The notes under the pieces: generated by a model
Database searches by the model: none
What the model saw: the letters and a program-made list of their open reading frames with translations, nothing else
Told to the model about the DNA's origin: nothing
Shown: positions 61,584 through 64,000 of the stretch, piece after piece
Numbering within the stretch: the first letter of the stretch is position 1
Layout: the number at the start of each line of letters is the position of its first letter
Assembly: GCF_004010195.1 (NCBI RefSeq)
Contig: NC_057718.1
Location: 26,728,185 to 26,792,184 of the forward strand
Source of the DNA: Chiloscyllium plagiosum
Lineage: Eukaryota
Reading direction: 5' to 3'
DNA: 64,000 nt
Program-made: the position numbers and the translations under genes

Positions 61584-61714
61584 GAGAAAAGTGAAGACTG
61601 CAGATGCTGGAGATCAGAGTCGAAAAGTGTAACGCTGCAGGAGCACAGCAGGTCAGGCAGCATCCGAGGAGCAGGAGAATCAATGTTTTGGGCATAAGCC
61701 CTTCATCAGGAATG
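61584..61714 (-). mobile_element. Family A Penelope-derived monomer with CpG-decayed hammerhead
   Basis: Minus strand cattcctgatgaagggcttatgcccaaaacattgattctcctgctcctcggatgctgcctgacc. Confidence 0.85.
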
Positions 61715-62289
61715 ATTCTGTCCCTACCCACAAAAGAGAAGCAGCTTTTCAAATGCTACCTGCCAGTGTGTCCTCTGAGACATGTCTGTGCTTTCGAAGT
61801 ATTCTCCAACTAGATTGGAGAGGCACTATGATGGTCATGAATGGTTGGCAAATATCATATGCCAATGACTGTGGATGAGGCATATATGCAACTAATGCCC
61901 ATGCATCATGCCCTGAGATACTGTTTGGTATTGAGCAACACAGATTCATTGCAGCCAGTAGGAATCCAGGTATCCACTCTGATTTCCATGTTGAGGATTC
62001 TTAATGTCCACCTTGTTCAGTACTTGGTAAGACAGGAAGCTGATATTAATGAGGGGAGACTGCAGCATTAACATGGCATTTAACAAGCTATAATCCCCTT
62101 AACTGGTAACTCAGTAACACCTATTGAGGAACACTTTTTGCTATTCAGCAAATGCATTAAAGGATGCAGCAAGTTGTTCACAACTTGAGACAGACCTCAA
62201 CAGATTTTTCATGTGATTCTTCCATAAATCTTTCCATAGCCCATAGGCTCCTGTAAGACTGCACTCAGTCTTAAAATTGTGCTGTTCTC

Positions 62290-63850
62290 TTAATGGTATG
62301 CATGCATAGTATTGTCATTCACTATTCAATGGGTGATATTGTTTCAGCAAAATGCATTGTTCTATCATTTGTTGTTGCTAAAGTAGCCGTTGTTGTTCTA
62401 TTTCTGTTATTAGATTGTGTGCACTTCTGGTCTGACAGTTGATGTGTTCTGCTGTACAGGTGTTGCATTCACCTCTTTCTGGTCAGCCCCCTGCAGTTGA
62501 GGAACAGCTTCTGTACTTGTGTGTAAGTGCCTGTGATTGCAAAGATATATCTGGTAGTTCACTTCCATTGTATAAAATGGAGAACTAAAATGAGAACTAC
62601 TCGCAGGTCCAAGTTCCACTTGAGCAGGCTTTTGTTGAGATCATTGAATGTTTGCACCTCACTGGCTCTCCAATACGCAACTCTAGCAATGGTTTAGCAG
62701 TCCTATCAAAATGAAATTTGGCTTTCTGCTGTTTCGCCTTGATTATTTCACTCACACCTGTTACTACTTCTGGCTTCAGGAGCTTTTTGCTATTGGATGA
62801 CTGGTACAGCAAACTTTCCATGTCTTCAGTATATGTGTTTCTCCACTTGAAAGTTGTCTTGTGTAGTGATTGGAATGAAGGTCAGGTGAAGCTGACTGGG
62901 GTTGATCACCTGGGCCGATCAGGGAGCCCTGGGCGACAGATATAAATAAGAGATTCAGAGACTAGGGACTGGCTCTGAACTGGCTGGTCAGAACCCTTAT
63001 ATTCTGCACATGTAAATAAAGGGTGACGTGGTGACAGAATATCGGCCTCTGTGCAATTATTCCACTTTAGTTACATGTGTGAGGAATTTAATTTCAATTT
63101 CTTTACGATTCCTTTGATGATTTTCACTGTCATCTCAGTCTTTCAATTTGAGTTTGGATAGTGTGAAGATGGTGTGTGGTGTTCCATTTTCCAATCTTTC
63201 AAGGTGAAACTGAATTCCTCACTCATGAACAGATGGGCATTGCTACTCCTGACAATGTCGGAAATGGCACAACAAAGTCGGCTTTTTTGCCATTCAACAA
63301 TCAGAATGGTAGTCAGTGAAGTCAACTGGTCCACCTCCCAGTAGTCAGTCTACTGTAACAAGATATTCATTTTCTGTGAGTGTGATCAGATCGACTCCCA
63401 GCAAGATCTGGATTATCACGTTCTCCAGTTTGTTTGGCTTGGTACTTATTACATGCAGTAAACTGACAGATATGGTTCTTAATTTGCGTTTAGGTCAGTA
63501 GAAGTTATTCTTGCCTTCTACAGACTTGATTCAATTCCTGGGTGGCTTACATGGACGTGCTTCAGCAGCGCTCCTCTCAAATCCTTCAAGATAATTATTT
63601 TATTTTCTTTGGACACTATGCAGACTTGAGCATCTTAATTCATCTCTATATTTCCGACATGCCCATACAGCAACAGGTGTGTCCTTGATGCTCTCTGGTC
63701 ATCGTTATACCACTATTTGCAGCAGTTGGAGATTTGCATCTTGTTGGATAGCTTTTTTGATCAGAGCAAATTGCTTGCCTGTTACATTCAGTGCCTCCGC
63801 TAGATTGGTGACATCCAAAGCACAATGATCTGCAATTTTGCTGCTCAGTT
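62290..63850 (-). mobile_element. Gypsy/Ty3 LTR retrotransposon pol relic (integrase region)
   Basis: ORF 63143-63334 ISDIVRSSNAHLFMSEEF...WKMEHHTPSSHYPNSN (integrase core, cf. SDNGPQF...SSPHYPQSNG). ORF 62597-62821 LLKPEVVTGVSEIIKAKQQKAKFHFDRTAKPLLELRIGEPVR. Confidence 0.85.
62862..63064 (+). mobile_element. Short solo LTR (203 bp) inserted antisense into the Gypsy integrase
   Basis: TGTAGTG...TTCCA termini, TATAAAT at ~62941 and AATAAA at ~63015. Flanks cttg/cttt. Integrase-like sequence resumes on both sides (KTEMTVKIIKGIVKK | WRNTYTEDMES). Confidence 0.72.
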
Positions 63851-64000
63851 TAGTGATGAATTGAAAACCTTCAACTCATTTAAAAGAATCTTGAATCTGC
63901 ATCTGAAATGCAGTAACCTACAAGAAAATGGATTGGTGTTGGCAACTGGGATTAGAGAAGGTAGCTAGATTTTTCAGGTGGCGCAACACAACAGGATGAA

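Overview
This is eukaryotic, repeat-rich vertebrate DNA, almost certainly from a shark or other elasmobranch, judging by HE1-type V-SINEs and abundant CR1/HER1-type LINEs. The whole window appears to lie inside the minus-strand gene CLIP4 (CAP-Gly domain linker protein 4). I can support three coding exons: 46090-46326 (237 nt), 7050-7185 (136 nt) and 4203-4343 (141 nt). They splice in frame with GT-AG boundaries and are separated by introns of 38.9 kb and 2.7 kb. Neighbouring exons were not found. The introns hold layered transposon relics: many CR1 LINEs, L2 and Rex1/Babar LINEs, HE1 SINEs, a second tRNA-derived SINE family, Penelope-like termini, Harbinger transposase relics, a Gypsy integrase relic and several solo LTRs. 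There is one 150-N assembly gap. The most interesting signals are (i) three families of short Penelope-derived elements carrying minimal hammerhead-ribozyme motifs with covarying stems, including a 128-bp copy with an intact core and 11-bp TSD and an 88-bp-arm palindrome with a 17-bp TSD; (ii) a single-ORF LINE with a tRNA-like head whose 5' and 3' ends make up a co-occurring SINE; and (iii) two insertions flanked by unusually long (53 and ~65-70 bp) duplications. All calls were made by eye, without database searches. Most ORF-track entries are transposon fragments or noise.
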